A program made the translations under genes and the position numbers. This document shows positions 9,435 through 19,186 of a stretch of DNA of 62,104 nt, piece after piece. Position 1 is the stretch's first letter. Each line of letters begins with the position of its first letter. The notes under the pieces were generated by a model, which worked only from the letters and a program-made list of their open reading frames with translations, was not told where the DNA came from and made no database searches. The DNA comes from a virus (Duplodnaviria; Caudoviricetes), in the IMG/VR virus record IMGVR_UViG_3300003690_003506, positions 1 to 62,104 of that record; one strand, given 5' to 3'.

Positions 9435-11297
9435 ATGAAATTTTTAATGATATACCCAAATAAGGTTATGATAACCCGCGCACCTCTTGGTATAGGATAC
9501 CTTGCAACATATATTGAAGATGCTGGCCATGAATTTAAATTATTTGATACTACCTTTATTAGTTGCGGCGAATGTCCAAGCGACGATGCCCTGAGAGAAC
9601 AAAATCTTCAAGTAGTAAATCCAGATTTTGAAAAACTTGGCCTTGTAGAAAAAAACATAAATGTATATGATGCCCTTGAAGAGGAAATAGAAAGTTTTCA
9701 GCCAGATATGATTGGTATGTCGACAGTTGATCCAAATCATAATTTTGGAATGCAATTATTACGTCATTGTAAAAGTATTCGGCCGGACATTCCAATTATC
9801 GTCGGGGGTCCTTTAAGTACGTTGGTGCCAGATGACGTGATAGTGGAAGAATCTGTGGATATAGTCGGCAGAGGAGAATGTGATATACATCTTGCTGAAT
9901 TATGTAATAGATATCATGATATTAAATATCCCGATGTAAAAAGTGTATCTTCACGGTCAAACCCTACGAAAGAAAAAAAGAATTTATTCAATGTTATAAC
10001 ACCAGCAGAAGCGCAGCCCCGAAAGAGTGGGTGGGAAAGTTTATATGACATTCCTAATTTTTGGGTTAAAGATAAAGATTATAAAGACAATGGTATAGTA
10101 CATAAGAATAAAGTAACTCTTCCCGAACTTGCGAATGGCCTCTCGCCTAATTTATCAATCTATGACCCGCGCCACTTTTTGCGTCCGCTAGGGGGACGTA
10201 TGTATAATATGGCTACAGTTATTTGGACACGAGGATGTGTATTCAGATGTAGTTATTGTGCAAACGAGACTTTTTATAAGGCTGCTGACGCATCTGCAAA
10301 AGAATACTATAGGAAGAAAGATGTTAAACCACTAGTTGAAGAATTATCTCGGTTTAAAGAACAATTCAACCTAAACTTTTTGATGTTTGTTGATGATATC
10401 TTCCCCTTGCATGAACCAGAACTTATTGATGAATTTTGCAGACTGTATAAGAAACACGTCGATCTCCCATTCTCTGTAAATCTACAACCGCGTCTCGTTC
10501 GTGAAGACACATTCGCTATGGCTGTTGACGCTGGCCTTAGAAATATTTGTGTTGGGGTTGAGGCGGGAAGCGATCGTGTCAGAAGGAAAATATTAAAGAG
10601 AAATTATAGGGATGAACACGTTGAGAAAGTTTTTATCATGGCCCATAAGCATAGGATTAGGTGCTCGTCCTTTAATATAATTGGCTTACCTGATGAAAAT
10701 AGAGAAGATATCTTTGAAACAATAGCTGTTAATAGAAAAATTAACCCAACTAGTGCAACTGTCACCTTCTTTCACCCCTATCGCGGCGCGCCACTGCGAG
10801 AGCTCTGTGTGGAGCGAGGGTATATTGATCCAAACCAGGGAAAACACGAAGATGTTTATAGAACAGACTCACAGTTGAATATGCCACAGATAACCAAGCA
10901 AGAATTAAAGAATATTATGAAATCATTTCAGCTATATATGAAGCTTCCAGAAGAATATGAAACATTAATTAAAATGCAAGAAGATCAATCATCTTTCGAA
11001 GCGCGTCAAATACGAGAGAAGATCTTGTTGCCGGTGTTTAAAAAAATTCAAGATGAAGAATCTAAATGGGATTTCAGAAAAAAGAAAGAATGGTGGACTA
11101 GCGACATCTCCGGCCGCGAAGAAGTAGATTCTAAAATTAAACTACCAGGTACAAAGCCCGGTGATGCGGGATTTATCCCACTACCAGTTCTTAGAGTCTC
11201 CACAAAAAAAGCTGGTGAAGACTTTAAAAAAGAATTATATCCTGGTAACGAATCAGTGATTGACATTCTTGACAAAAGTGCTACAATAAACAAATGA
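9435..11297 (+). CDS. Cobalamin-binding radical SAM protein
   Basis: APLGIGYLA and IVGGP (B12-binding domain), RGCVFRCSYC, GVEAGS and PYRGAPL. Confidence 0.9.
   Translation: MKFLMIYPNKVMITRAPLGIGYLATYIEDAGHEFKLFDTTFISCGECPSDDALREQNLQVVNPDFEKLGLVEKNINVYDALEEEIESFQPDMIGMSTVDPNHNFGMQLLRHCKSIRPDIPIIVGGPLSTLVPDDVIVEESVDIVGRGECDIHLAELCNRYHDIKYPDVKSVSSRSNPTKEKKNLFNVITPAEAQPRKSGWESLYDIPNFWVKDKDYKDNGIVHKNKVTLPELANGLSPNLSIYDPRHFLRPLGGRMYNMATVIWTRGCVFRCSYCANETFYKAADASAKEYYRKKDVKPLVEELSRFKEQFNLNFLMFVDDIFPLHEPELIDEFCRLYKKHVDLPFSVNLQPRLVREDTFAMAVDAGLRNICVGVEAGSDRVRRKILKRNYRDEHVEKVFIMAHKHRIRCSSFNIIGLPDENREDIFETIAVNRKINPTSATVTFFHPYRGAPLRELCVERGYIDPNQGKHEDVYRTDSQLNMPQITKQELKNIMKSFQLYMKLPEEYETLIKMQEDQSSFEARQIREKILLPVFKKIQDEESKWDFRKKKEWWTSDISGREEVDSKIKLPGTKPGDAGFIPLPVLRVSTKKAGEDFKKELYPGNESVIDILDKSATINK
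11260..11287 (+). promoter_or_regulatory. Sigma70-type promoter, possibly giving a leaderless mRNA
   Basis: TTGACA 11260-11265, 16-nt spacer ending in TGc, TACAAT 11282-11287; the ATG is at 11294. Confidence 0.55.
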
Positions 11298-11653
11298 AAG
11301 ATATAGTTGTTGATAATATTATTAGGTCTCAAGTTGTTGAGGATTATTTAGATTTTTTTGAAAATAAAGACTTAGATGGCATAACCGATCTGCTTGCGGA
11401 AAACTGTTCTTTAACAGATTGGAATATTGGGCTTGTGGAAGGGAAAGAAAATGTTTTAGAAATATTTTCTAATATTTTTGATTCTTTTGAAAAAATAGAG
11501 GTAAACATATTTCATCTTCATGAGGACGTAACTGGAATCTTGACGTGTGAGATGACCTTAGCACTAGATGATCAAGAATTGCTTGTAGCCGATATATTTG
11601 AATTTGACGACGATGATCACATTCAATCCTTGCGAGCTTATAAAGGAAATTAA
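11294..11653 (+). CDS. SnoaL/NTF2-like protein
   Basis: 119 aa with the pattern YLDFFENKDLDGITDLLAE..LTDW..EGKENV..DIFEFDDD.HIQSLRAYKG. Confidence 0.7.
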   Translation: MKDIVVDNIIRSQVVEDYLDFFENKDLDGITDLLAENCSLTDWNIGLVEGKENVLEIFSNIFDSFEKIEVNIFHLHEDVTGILTCEMTLALDDQELLVADIFEFDDDDHIQSLRAYKGN

Positions 11654-11654
11654 T

Positions 11655-12392
11655 ATGAAAGTTGCATTCTGCTTACACGGGTTAGTAGGAACAACCGATA
11701 AGTATGGAATAGGGAAAAGAGAGATTCCATATAAAATTGGTCATAAACACTATAAAGAGCACGTTTTTGATAAAAATGATGACGTAGATATCTTTATTCA
11801 TACTTGGTCACACCATCATCGCGACGGCATTAAAGAACTTTACAAGCCACTGGCAATAAAATCAGCGCCACCGCCAGATTTTGATATTCCGGATCCGAAT
11901 GGAAATTTGGACGAGATTAAACAAGCGCGGCTATATGCCATAAAATGTAAGTGGAAATCTTATAAAACTGTTATAGACATGGTAAAAGAAAGCGGAAATA
12001 CCTACGATTGGGTGTTTGTAACAAGATTTGACTTGGCTTTTAGTGTAGACTTTTGTTTTGATAAGTATGATAACTCAAAATTTTATGCTCAAGGCCCCCC
12101 AGGCCCGGTGCAAAATGGATTTCAATTGATTAATGATTTGTGGTACTTCACAAACCAGAAAGATATGGAGAGATTTGGGGCCCTGTACGATCACATGAAT
12201 CAAGGGCCCTATAAATCCTTAGAAAGTAATCACGAATTAGAGCGGTTACATTTACAGAAAACTGGTTTACAAGACAAATTGGAATATATATTTCGTCGCG
12301 ATTGGACGCCCGGAAAGGCCAGTAAAATGACTACCGAAACGCCTTTGGTACGATGGGTTTATTTTGAAGGCGGCGATAGAGGCTTTACTTAG
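11655..12392 (+). CDS. Putative glycosyltransferase-like protein
   Basis: Start MKVAFCLHG at 11655 after AGGA. IFIHTW and YDWVFVTRFD pattern of the kind seen in glycan-cluster proteins. Confidence 0.5.
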   Translation: MKVAFCLHGLVGTTDKYGIGKREIPYKIGHKHYKEHVFDKNDDVDIFIHTWSHHHRDGIKELYKPLAIKSAPPPDFDIPDPNGNLDEIKQARLYAIKCKWKSYKTVIDMVKESGNTYDWVFVTRFDLAFSVDFCFDKYDNSKFYAQGPPGPVQNGFQLINDLWYFTNQKDMERFGALYDHMNQGPYKSLESNHELERLHLQKTGLQDKLEYIFRRDWTPGKASKMTTETPLVRWVYFEGGDRGFT

Positions 12393-12821
12393 ATGAATCT
12401 GATAGCTCATAGGGGGAATATCAATGGGCCACATCCAGAGTTAGAAAATAGCCCAGAATATTTGGATAAGGCTCTCAATGCTGGTTATGATGTCGAAATA
12501 GATATATGGCTGATAAATGATAAACTATTCTTGGGCCACGACGGACCACAATATCAAACAACTTTAGATTATTTATCAAATAGTCATTTTTGGTGCCACT
12601 GTAAGAACATAGAGGCTTTAAAATATCTTTTAGAAAATAATATTCATTGCTTTTTTCACAAAACTGATGATGTAACGTTAACTTCGAAAGGTATTATGTG
12701 GACTTTCCCAAGAAAGAGATTGATGGAGGGTTCTGTTTGTGTGATGCCGGAATATGGATACGAAGGAAATCTCGATAACTGCTCTGGAATCTGCAGCGAC
12801 TATGTAGAGAAATACAAATGA
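12393..12821 (+). CDS. Short glycerophosphodiester phosphodiesterase-like protein
   Basis: IAHRG, ENS, DVEID, LGHD and GICSD motifs. Confidence 0.7.
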   Translation: MNLIAHRGNINGPHPELENSPEYLDKALNAGYDVEIDIWLINDKLFLGHDGPQYQTTLDYLSNSHFWCHCKNIEALKYLLENNIHCFFHKTDDVTLTSKGIMWTFPRKRLMEGSVCVMPEYGYEGNLDNCSGICSDYVEKYK

Positions 12822-13657
12822 GCAAAAAGTTGCTTGTTGTTGGCCGCGGGCCCTCTTGGGAAAGGGCCAAAGAGATACCAGATGATTATGAAATGGTATT
12901 ATTTATTAATACACCACAGATTTTTGATTCTGCCAACCGGGATGAAGAGTTACTAGAGAGATTAAGATCTAAAAAAGTAATAATGTATACAAATATGCCT
13001 CAACGACTTGTGGCATTTCAAGAACATATTTTAAATTTTTTTAATGTTGATGAATGTGCAATTGCTCGCTGTAGTCCCAATTGGCCTTTGTGGAGAGAGC
13101 ACAAAGCTAAGCAGAAGAGGGTGTGTCCTGCATGGAAACAATTATCGTGGCTTCCCCCTTTAGAGGAGGATGAACCATATATGTATATTTGGAGGGGCCC
13201 CGAACCAGCGAACGCCCCTGAAATGTTTACCCCTGGCGGCCGTAAGATAAATCACCTAGTAGACGAAGCGGAGCCTTATTTGGCATCGGTTTATGGTGAT
13301 AGAATGATGTGTAATTGCTCGATTTTTGCTTCTTTGTATGCAATACTAAAGTTGCAGGTTGATCATATTTATTATTGTGGATTAGACTTTTATCACGATC
13401 TTAAGGTGGCCAAGGAATCTTACTTTCAGGCCCCGGCGTATATGTCGGGTCAAAATTGGTGGCAGCTTAGAGTTAAAACCGAAGGTGAGCATACAAAGAT
13501 AGTTTATGATGAATATATGACCAAGTTTTTTCCAAATGTGACTTATGAATTTTATACAGATGCAGATTGGACTCCCAGCAATAAAAATGTTGTAACGCAT
13601 TGTTCGGGGAAGGAAATCATTTTTAAGAAATATGATTCAAATTATTATAAAGGATAA
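12818..13657 (+). CDS. Hypothetical protein, possible sialyltransferase-like (GT29/GT42/Maf-like)
   Basis: N-terminal LVVGRGPS and C-terminal IYYCGLDFY motifs; lies near the neu genes. Confidence 0.4.
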   Translation: MSKKLLVVGRGPSWERAKEIPDDYEMVLFINTPQIFDSANRDEELLERLRSKKVIMYTNMPQRLVAFQEHILNFFNVDECAIARCSPNWPLWREHKAKQKRVCPAWKQLSWLPPLEEDEPYMYIWRGPEPANAPEMFTPGGRKINHLVDEAEPYLASVYGDRMMCNCSIFASLYAILKLQVDHIYYCGLDFYHDLKVAKESYFQAPAYMSGQNWWQLRVKTEGEHTKIVYDEYMTKFFPNVTYEFYTDADWTPSNKNVVTHCSGKEIIFKKYDSNYYKG

Positions 13658-13688
13658 TTAGTAATATTATTACACTGTAATAAATCTA

Positions 13689-13717
13689 TTGACATAGATA
13701 GTTTGTTGTGTTAAAAT
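13689..13717 (+). promoter_or_regulatory. Near-consensus sigma70 promoter with an inverted repeat over the -35 box
   Basis: TTGACA 13689-13694, 17-nt spacer, TGn-TAAAAT 13712-13717. ATCTAT-tgac-ATAGAT at 13684-13699. Confidence 0.75.
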
Positions 13718-13739
13718 TAACCTTAATGAGAAAAAACCA

Positions 13740-15368
13740 ATGAGCACTGATATCAAGAAATCAAAACTTAATGTTGTTGACGCTAACGAAAATTATGCTA
13801 AATATGCGCCCGAAATGGATGATAAACATACGCGGATTGTTGATCGAAAATTAGGAAGCAAAGATGTTAATCCTCTATTAAAAATAAATTACGATGGTAA
13901 GCACTTCAAGGATACGAGCGGCCCTAGAAAATATAATTTGCCCTCTTTGTCTAAAGGTGAAAAGCGCGGACGATTTCTTTTTATCATGGTCGACCAATAT
14001 GATAAAATGCCATATTGGACTTTTGGGCCTGCTTATTTAGGGGCCGTCCTTGAAAAAAATGATTATGAAGTAGAAATTTTTAATGGTACTTGTTGGCACT
14101 TAACCCCCAAAGATCTTGAAAGATTTTTGCGTGATAAGAAACACTTCGATTATATAGGAATCGGATACCTCACAAATTATATCCACTCAGTTATTGAGCA
14201 TATAGAAGTGTGTCGTTCGGTTTCTCCTGATTCAAAAATTATATTAGGGGGGAATGGCTACACCCCGCTGCCTGCTTTCTATTTATCTAAAACTGGCGCC
14301 GATTACGGCGTTGCCGGTGAAGCAGAGAATTCACTTTTAAATCTAGTTAACGCATTATCGCTTGGTGAATCAGTAGAAAATATTCCGTCTGTATCCTTTA
14401 GAGATGGCGAAGATATGTATGTTTCCGATTTAAGAGAACCAGTTCCTGACATCACAACGATACCCACACCAGCATATCATCTTTTTCCAATTGAAAAATA
14501 TATATGGTACGAACATCGAGGATATCATAAGGGCGTAAAGTCGTTTAATATTCTTTCTAGTAGAGGCTGTCCTTTTCGGTGTAACTTTTGTTATCGTCTA
14601 GAGGAAGGATTCCGATATCGTCCATTTGAAGATATTATAGAAGAACTGAATTTTTTGAATGAAAAATACGGCATCCGTCATTTCAATATGTCTGATGAAC
14701 TCTTTATGACGAGCAAAAAACACGTGATTAGTTTTTCCAATCAAATGGTTGAGGCAATGGATAGTGGCGGCCTTGCAAGAATTTCGTGGGAAACTACCGG
14801 AAGACTCAATATAGTAAATCAAGAAGTAGCTAATGCTATGGCAGCCGGCGGCTGTAATAGAATATTATATGGTCTTGAATCTGGAGATACAAAAGTTTTA
14901 GAATTGATGAATAAAAAAACTACTAGTGAAATGATCGAGACGGGAATTCAAGCCACATTTAATGCTGGAATGGAAGTACAGCTTCCTTGTATGTTTGGTA
15001 ATATTGGCGAAACAGCCGAATCAGTTAAAAAGACTGTTGAAATATTGAAAAAATATGGAGGCAACGACGAGAGACTATTAAGGCCCGTAACTCCATATCC
15101 AGGGTCTCCTCTTTATTACTATGCACTAGAAAAAGGCTTATTAAAAGATCACGATGAATTTTTTGAAATCTCAAAAAATCCTGATCTTCTAACAATAAAT
15201 TTTACTGAAATGGATGATGAAACATTTTATAAAGTTTTATATGAAGCAAATGTGGAATTAATTGAAGATTTTCATAGTCGTATGTGCGAGGCCGAAAAAC
15301 AGTCTTTTCGGGATCTATATTTTGAAGACGATGATTCTACCTTTGGTTTAGTCGATCACCGTCGATAA
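13740..15368 (+). CDS. Cobalamin-binding radical SAM protein
   Basis: GPAYLGAVL, ILGG, GEAE, SRGCPFRCNFC, GLESG and TPYPGSPLY motifs. Confidence 0.92.
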   Translation: MSTDIKKSKLNVVDANENYAKYAPEMDDKHTRIVDRKLGSKDVNPLLKINYDGKHFKDTSGPRKYNLPSLSKGEKRGRFLFIMVDQYDKMPYWTFGPAYLGAVLEKNDYEVEIFNGTCWHLTPKDLERFLRDKKHFDYIGIGYLTNYIHSVIEHIEVCRSVSPDSKIILGGNGYTPLPAFYLSKTGADYGVAGEAENSLLNLVNALSLGESVENIPSVSFRDGEDMYVSDLREPVPDITTIPTPAYHLFPIEKYIWYEHRGYHKGVKSFNILSSRGCPFRCNFCYRLEEGFRYRPFEDIIEELNFLNEKYGIRHFNMSDELFMTSKKHVISFSNQMVEAMDSGGLARISWETTGRLNIVNQEVANAMAAGGCNRILYGLESGDTKVLELMNKKTTSEMIETGIQATFNAGMEVQLPCMFGNIGETAESVKKTVEILKKYGGNDERLLRPVTPYPGSPLYYYALEKGLLKDHDEFFEISKNPDLLTINFTEMDDETFYKVLYEANVELIEDFHSRMCEAEKQSFRDLYFEDDDSTFGLVDHRR

Positions 15369-15395
15369 ATTATTTTTTATGAAAGGTACAAACAT

Positions 15396-16442
15396 ATGCC
15401 GGAAATTTTAATCGGCAATAGAAAAATTAGTCATAAAACTAAGCCATTTATAATTGCAGAAATTGGCATTAACCATGAAGGAAGCTTTACAAAAGCTCTT
15501 CAAATGGTTTATGACGCCCAACGAGCAGGCGCAGAATGTGTTAAATTTCAATGTCATATTTTAGAAGATGAAATGACGAAAGATGCGCAGAAGACCATTC
15601 CGAGTAATAGTGATAAATCAATTTATGAGATTATGAAAAGATGTTTGTTGAATGAAGATGAAGAACGGTCCCTCAAACAAATTGTAGACGACTTGGGTAT
15701 GATATATCTCTCTACTCCTTTTTCTAGAGCGGCTGCAGATAGACTCGAAAGTATGAACGTTAAAGCATATAAGATTGGTTCCGGCGAATGTAATAATTAT
15801 CCGCTAATTGAGCACGTAGCATCTTTTGGAAAGCCAATTATCTTAAGCACTGGTATGAATAATATTAAATCAATTCAGGCTGCTGTAGATATATTAAGGA
15901 AGCACAATATTCAATATGCTCTTTTACACTGTACGTCTTTATACCCAACTCCATATGATAAAGTTCGATTAGGCGCTCTCTCTCAAATGAAGGAATCTTT
16001 CCCTGATGCCGTTTTGGGGCTAAGTGATCATTCTATAGGAAATTATACTTGCTTCGGTGCAGTACCCCTCGGCGCGTCAATACTAGAAAAGCATTTTACC
16101 TCTGATAAAACGTGGGCCGGCCCCGATATTGAAATATCTATAGATCCTTCGGAGTTAAAAGAACTGATCAATGGTTCTTCGGCTATTCATGCGGCTCTTG
16201 GGGGCACCAAAGACGTACTTAGCGAGGAAAAACCAACTATTGATTTTGCATATGCGTCAGTTGTTGCGATTAAAAATATCAAAGCTGGAGAAGTCTTCTC
16301 TAAAAAAAATATATGGGTAAAGCGCCCGGGCACCGGACAAATTCTTGCCAAGGAATATAATGGCATACTGGGGCGACTGGCTGCGAAAGATATAGTTAAC
16401 GATCGCCAACTGAGTTGGGATGATATTAATGAGTCACGTTGA
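15396..16442 (+). CDS. neuB: N-acetylneuraminate (nonulosonate) synthase with C-terminal SAF domain
   Basis: IIAEIGINHEGS, VKFQ, KIGSGE, LLHCTSLYPTP, GLSDHS, LEKHFT and KRPGTG motifs. Confidence 0.95.
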   Translation: MPEILIGNRKISHKTKPFIIAEIGINHEGSFTKALQMVYDAQRAGAECVKFQCHILEDEMTKDAQKTIPSNSDKSIYEIMKRCLLNEDEERSLKQIVDDLGMIYLSTPFSRAAADRLESMNVKAYKIGSGECNNYPLIEHVASFGKPIILSTGMNNIKSIQAAVDILRKHNIQYALLHCTSLYPTPYDKVRLGALSQMKESFPDAVLGLSDHSIGNYTCFGAVPLGASILEKHFTSDKTWAGPDIEISIDPSELKELINGSSAIHAALGGTKDVLSEEKPTIDFAYASVVAIKNIKAGEVFSKKNIWVKRPGTGQILAKEYNGILGRLAAKDIVNDRQLSWDDINESR

Positions 16443-17124
16443 TTATATTTATAAAAATGAAGACTATACAGACAAACCCAAAGACCAGTTTAAAAGAATT
16501 TTAGATTGGCTGAAAAGGAACACACGCCCAGAGCAAAAATACAACCTCCTCGACCTTGGTTGCGCGCGTGGTGAATTAATACATTTTTTGAATAAAAATA
16601 CCGAGAATGTGTCTTTTGTTGGGGTCGATCATTCAGATGACTTAATAAAAATGGCAAAAGAGAGTGTTGGTGTTGATTTTGAATTATCAAGTGTAGAACA
16701 ATACGAGAGCGATAAAAAATATGATTTTGTTGTAATATCTGGTGTGATTGAATATTTGGATGATCCAGAAATAATAGTAAAAAAGATCTCGAGTCATCTA
16801 AAGCAATTCGGAAGGGCGCTGGTATTAAACATTTTTAATGAGTACGATATTGATGTCAGGGTACGGTATAGAAATAACAAATATTTTAATGAATTTAAAA
16901 ACGGCTGGAGTTTACATTCCATCAAAACCTTTTATAAGATACTAGAAGCAAATAATTTTGCTGTGGAAAAGGAAGAAAAGTTTTTTCCAGATTGTTTTTT
17001 GGCTCCGAAAGAAGATCCGGCGCGCTCTTGGATGATAAGAAATCAAGATGGCGTACTCAAATATATGAATGGATTATCTCAAGTCTATGATAGCTACGTA
17101 CTTGAAATTCTGAAAACGAAATGA
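16429..17124 (+). CDS. Class I SAM-dependent methyltransferase
   Basis: LLDLGCARG, GVD and YDFVVISGVIEYLDDP motifs. Start is 16429 or 16420. Confidence 0.85.
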   Translation: MSHVDYIYKNEDYTDKPKDQFKRILDWLKRNTRPEQKYNLLDLGCARGELIHFLNKNTENVSFVGVDHSDDLIKMAKESVGVDFELSSVEQYESDKKYDFVVISGVIEYLDDPEIIVKKISSHLKQFGRALVLNIFNEYDIDVRVRYRNNKYFNEFKNGWSLHSIKTFYKILEANNFAVEKEEKFFPDCFLAPKEDPARSWMIRNQDGVLKYMNGLSQVYDSYVLEILKTK

Positions 17125-18020
17125 AAACGATAATGTATCATTATGTTCGCTACTTTGATAAACAATATCCTGAGTTTAGATATTTGGATGTCGATAAATT
17201 TATAGAACAACTTAATTTCTTTGAAAAAGAGTGGGGATTTCTGAAGAAAGAAGAGTTTTTAGAATCTGTGGAAACTGGCATTTCAAAATCTGGGGTTATT
17301 CTTACATTTGATGACGGATTTAAAGAACATTATGATATAGTGTTGCCCATCCTAAAAGATCGCGGCCTCTATGGGCTCTTCTATATTCCCACAGGACACT
17401 ACCAGAATGATCATAAAGAATTATTAGATGTTCACAGAATTCATTTTTTGGTATCGAAATGCGATTCTAATAGTTTGTATAAAGAAGTATCAGATAATAT
17501 AGATTCTTCAATGCTAGAGACGGGAAGAACTGCACAGTTCGAAGGGGAACTATATAATAATCAAACAAATGATGAGAAGGTTTTAAAATTTAAGAAGTTG
17601 ATGAACTATTCTCTAAAGTATGAGCATAAAAAGCCGATACTGGACTTTCTAGCTAAAAAATATTTAATAGAACACGAAATCTATGATAAATTATATCTAA
17701 CTACGGATGAATTAAGTGAGATTGAAAAGGAAGGCAACATCGTTGGTGCCCATACGGTAAGTCATAAAGTTTTATCTAGATTGCCTGTGGCTGAACAAAG
17801 AGAAGAAATAGGGAGTTCTTTTTCATTCTTGAGTAAATTTTTGAAACTCGACGTAAAAAGTTTTTGTTATCCTTATGGAACAGATAAAACTTTTAATTCT
17901 GATACAGTTATGATTTTATCGGATTTAAATGTGCATCATGCGTTTATGTTTAGTAACAGTGAATCCGGTAGAGAAATCGATAGATACAGGCTGGAAAGAA
18001 TTGATTGTAATAGGTTTTAA
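17121..18020 (+). CDS. Polysaccharide deacetylase (CE4/NodB-like)
   Basis: IMYHYV, LTFDDG, GAHTVSH and FCYPYG motifs. Confidence 0.9.
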   Translation: MKTIMYHYVRYFDKQYPEFRYLDVDKFIEQLNFFEKEWGFLKKEEFLESVETGISKSGVILTFDDGFKEHYDIVLPILKDRGLYGLFYIPTGHYQNDHKELLDVHRIHFLVSKCDSNSLYKEVSDNIDSSMLETGRTAQFEGELYNNQTNDEKVLKFKKLMNYSLKYEHKKPILDFLAKKYLIEHEIYDKLYLTTDELSEIEKEGNIVGAHTVSHKVLSRLPVAEQREEIGSSFSFLSKFLKLDVKSFCYPYGTDKTFNSDTVMILSDLNVHHAFMFSNSESGREIDRYRLERIDCNRF

Positions 18021-18022
18021 TT

Positions 18023-19186
18023 ATGAGAAAAGTATGTGTCGTAACCGGCTATAGATCTGATTATACAAAATTAAAAAGTATTTTAAGTGGCATTAAGAAA
18101 CAAAAAGACTTAAAACTGCAATTGGTTGTTTTCGGCGCGCATATGCTCGACAGCTTTGGCAAAACTGTAGATCAAATTGAAGGGGACGGTTTTCCGGTTG
18201 ATTTAAAGTTGACCACGAATATTGATGGAAATACACCCTATTGTATGGCCAAATCAATCGGTTTGGCAGTTATTGAGCTCACCGGCTCTCTGGAGCATCT
18301 CAACCCAGACTTAGTATTAATTGTAGGCGATCGTTATGAAATATTTTCTGTTGCTATTGCAGCTAGCATATCAAATATTCCTGTTGCACACGTTCAGGGC
18401 GGTGAACTAAGCGGAACAATTGATGAAGTGCTGAGGCATTGTATTACAAAATTGTCTCATATTCATTTTCCTTCTACTTCTTTGAGTGCAAAAAGAATCG
18501 AATATTTAGGTGAGAATCCTGATAATATATATAATGTAGGATGTCCCGCCATAGATTTTATCAAAAAGACTAAATTTGTTGGAAAAGAAAATATTAAAAC
18601 CTTAGAAGGCCTTAAATATTCAAATTTGGACTTAAGCAGCCCGTATTTTATTTTAATACAACACCCAGTCACAACTGATTACGCCCAATCGGGCCCCGAT
18701 ATGAAAACTGTTTTGGAGGCATTGCAGGAAATCGGCACCCAAACAATTCTCATTTATCCCAATCCCGACGCAGGTGCAGACGAAATTCTCCGCGAAATAA
18801 GAAGTTTTGGGACAATTCATGGCAAGAATTCTATTTTGGTCAATAAATATAAAAATATACCGTTTGATTCCTATTTGAATTTGCTTAAGTATAGCAGCTG
18901 CTTAATAGGCAACTCTAGTAGTGGAATCCGCGAAGCGCATGCTTTTGGGACACCGGTTATTAACGTAGGGCGCCGCCAGGAAGGCCGCGAGCGTACACAA
19001 AATATTATAGATGTCCGCTGTGAAAAACAGCTTATCATCGATGCTATTTTGGATGTTCAAGATAAAAAATATAATATTGAAGAAACTCTCTATGGCAACG
19101 GTCATGCCGGCACAAAGATAGCAGATATTTTATCAGATATTGATATCGACAAAATAATAAACAAGAGACTTCATTTTGAATTATGA
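18023..19186 (+). CDS. neuC: Hydrolysing UDP-N-acetylglucosamine 2-epimerase
   Basis: VVTGYRSDY, GDRYE, HVQGGE.SGTIDE, QHPVT, GNSSSGIREA and RQEGRE motifs. Confidence 0.93.
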   Translation: MRKVCVVTGYRSDYTKLKSILSGIKKQKDLKLQLVVFGAHMLDSFGKTVDQIEGDGFPVDLKLTTNIDGNTPYCMAKSIGLAVIELTGSLEHLNPDLVLIVGDRYEIFSVAIAASISNIPVAHVQGGELSGTIDEVLRHCITKLSHIHFPSTSLSAKRIEYLGENPDNIYNVGCPAIDFIKKTKFVGKENIKTLEGLKYSNLDLSSPYFILIQHPVTTDYAQSGPDMKTVLEALQEIGTQTILIYPNPDAGADEILREIRSFGTIHGKNSILVNKYKNIPFDSYLNLLKYSSCLIGNSSSGIREAHAFGTPVINVGRRQEGRERTQNIIDVRCEKQLIIDAILDVQDKKYNIEETLYGNGHAGTKIADILSDIDIDKIINKRLHFEL

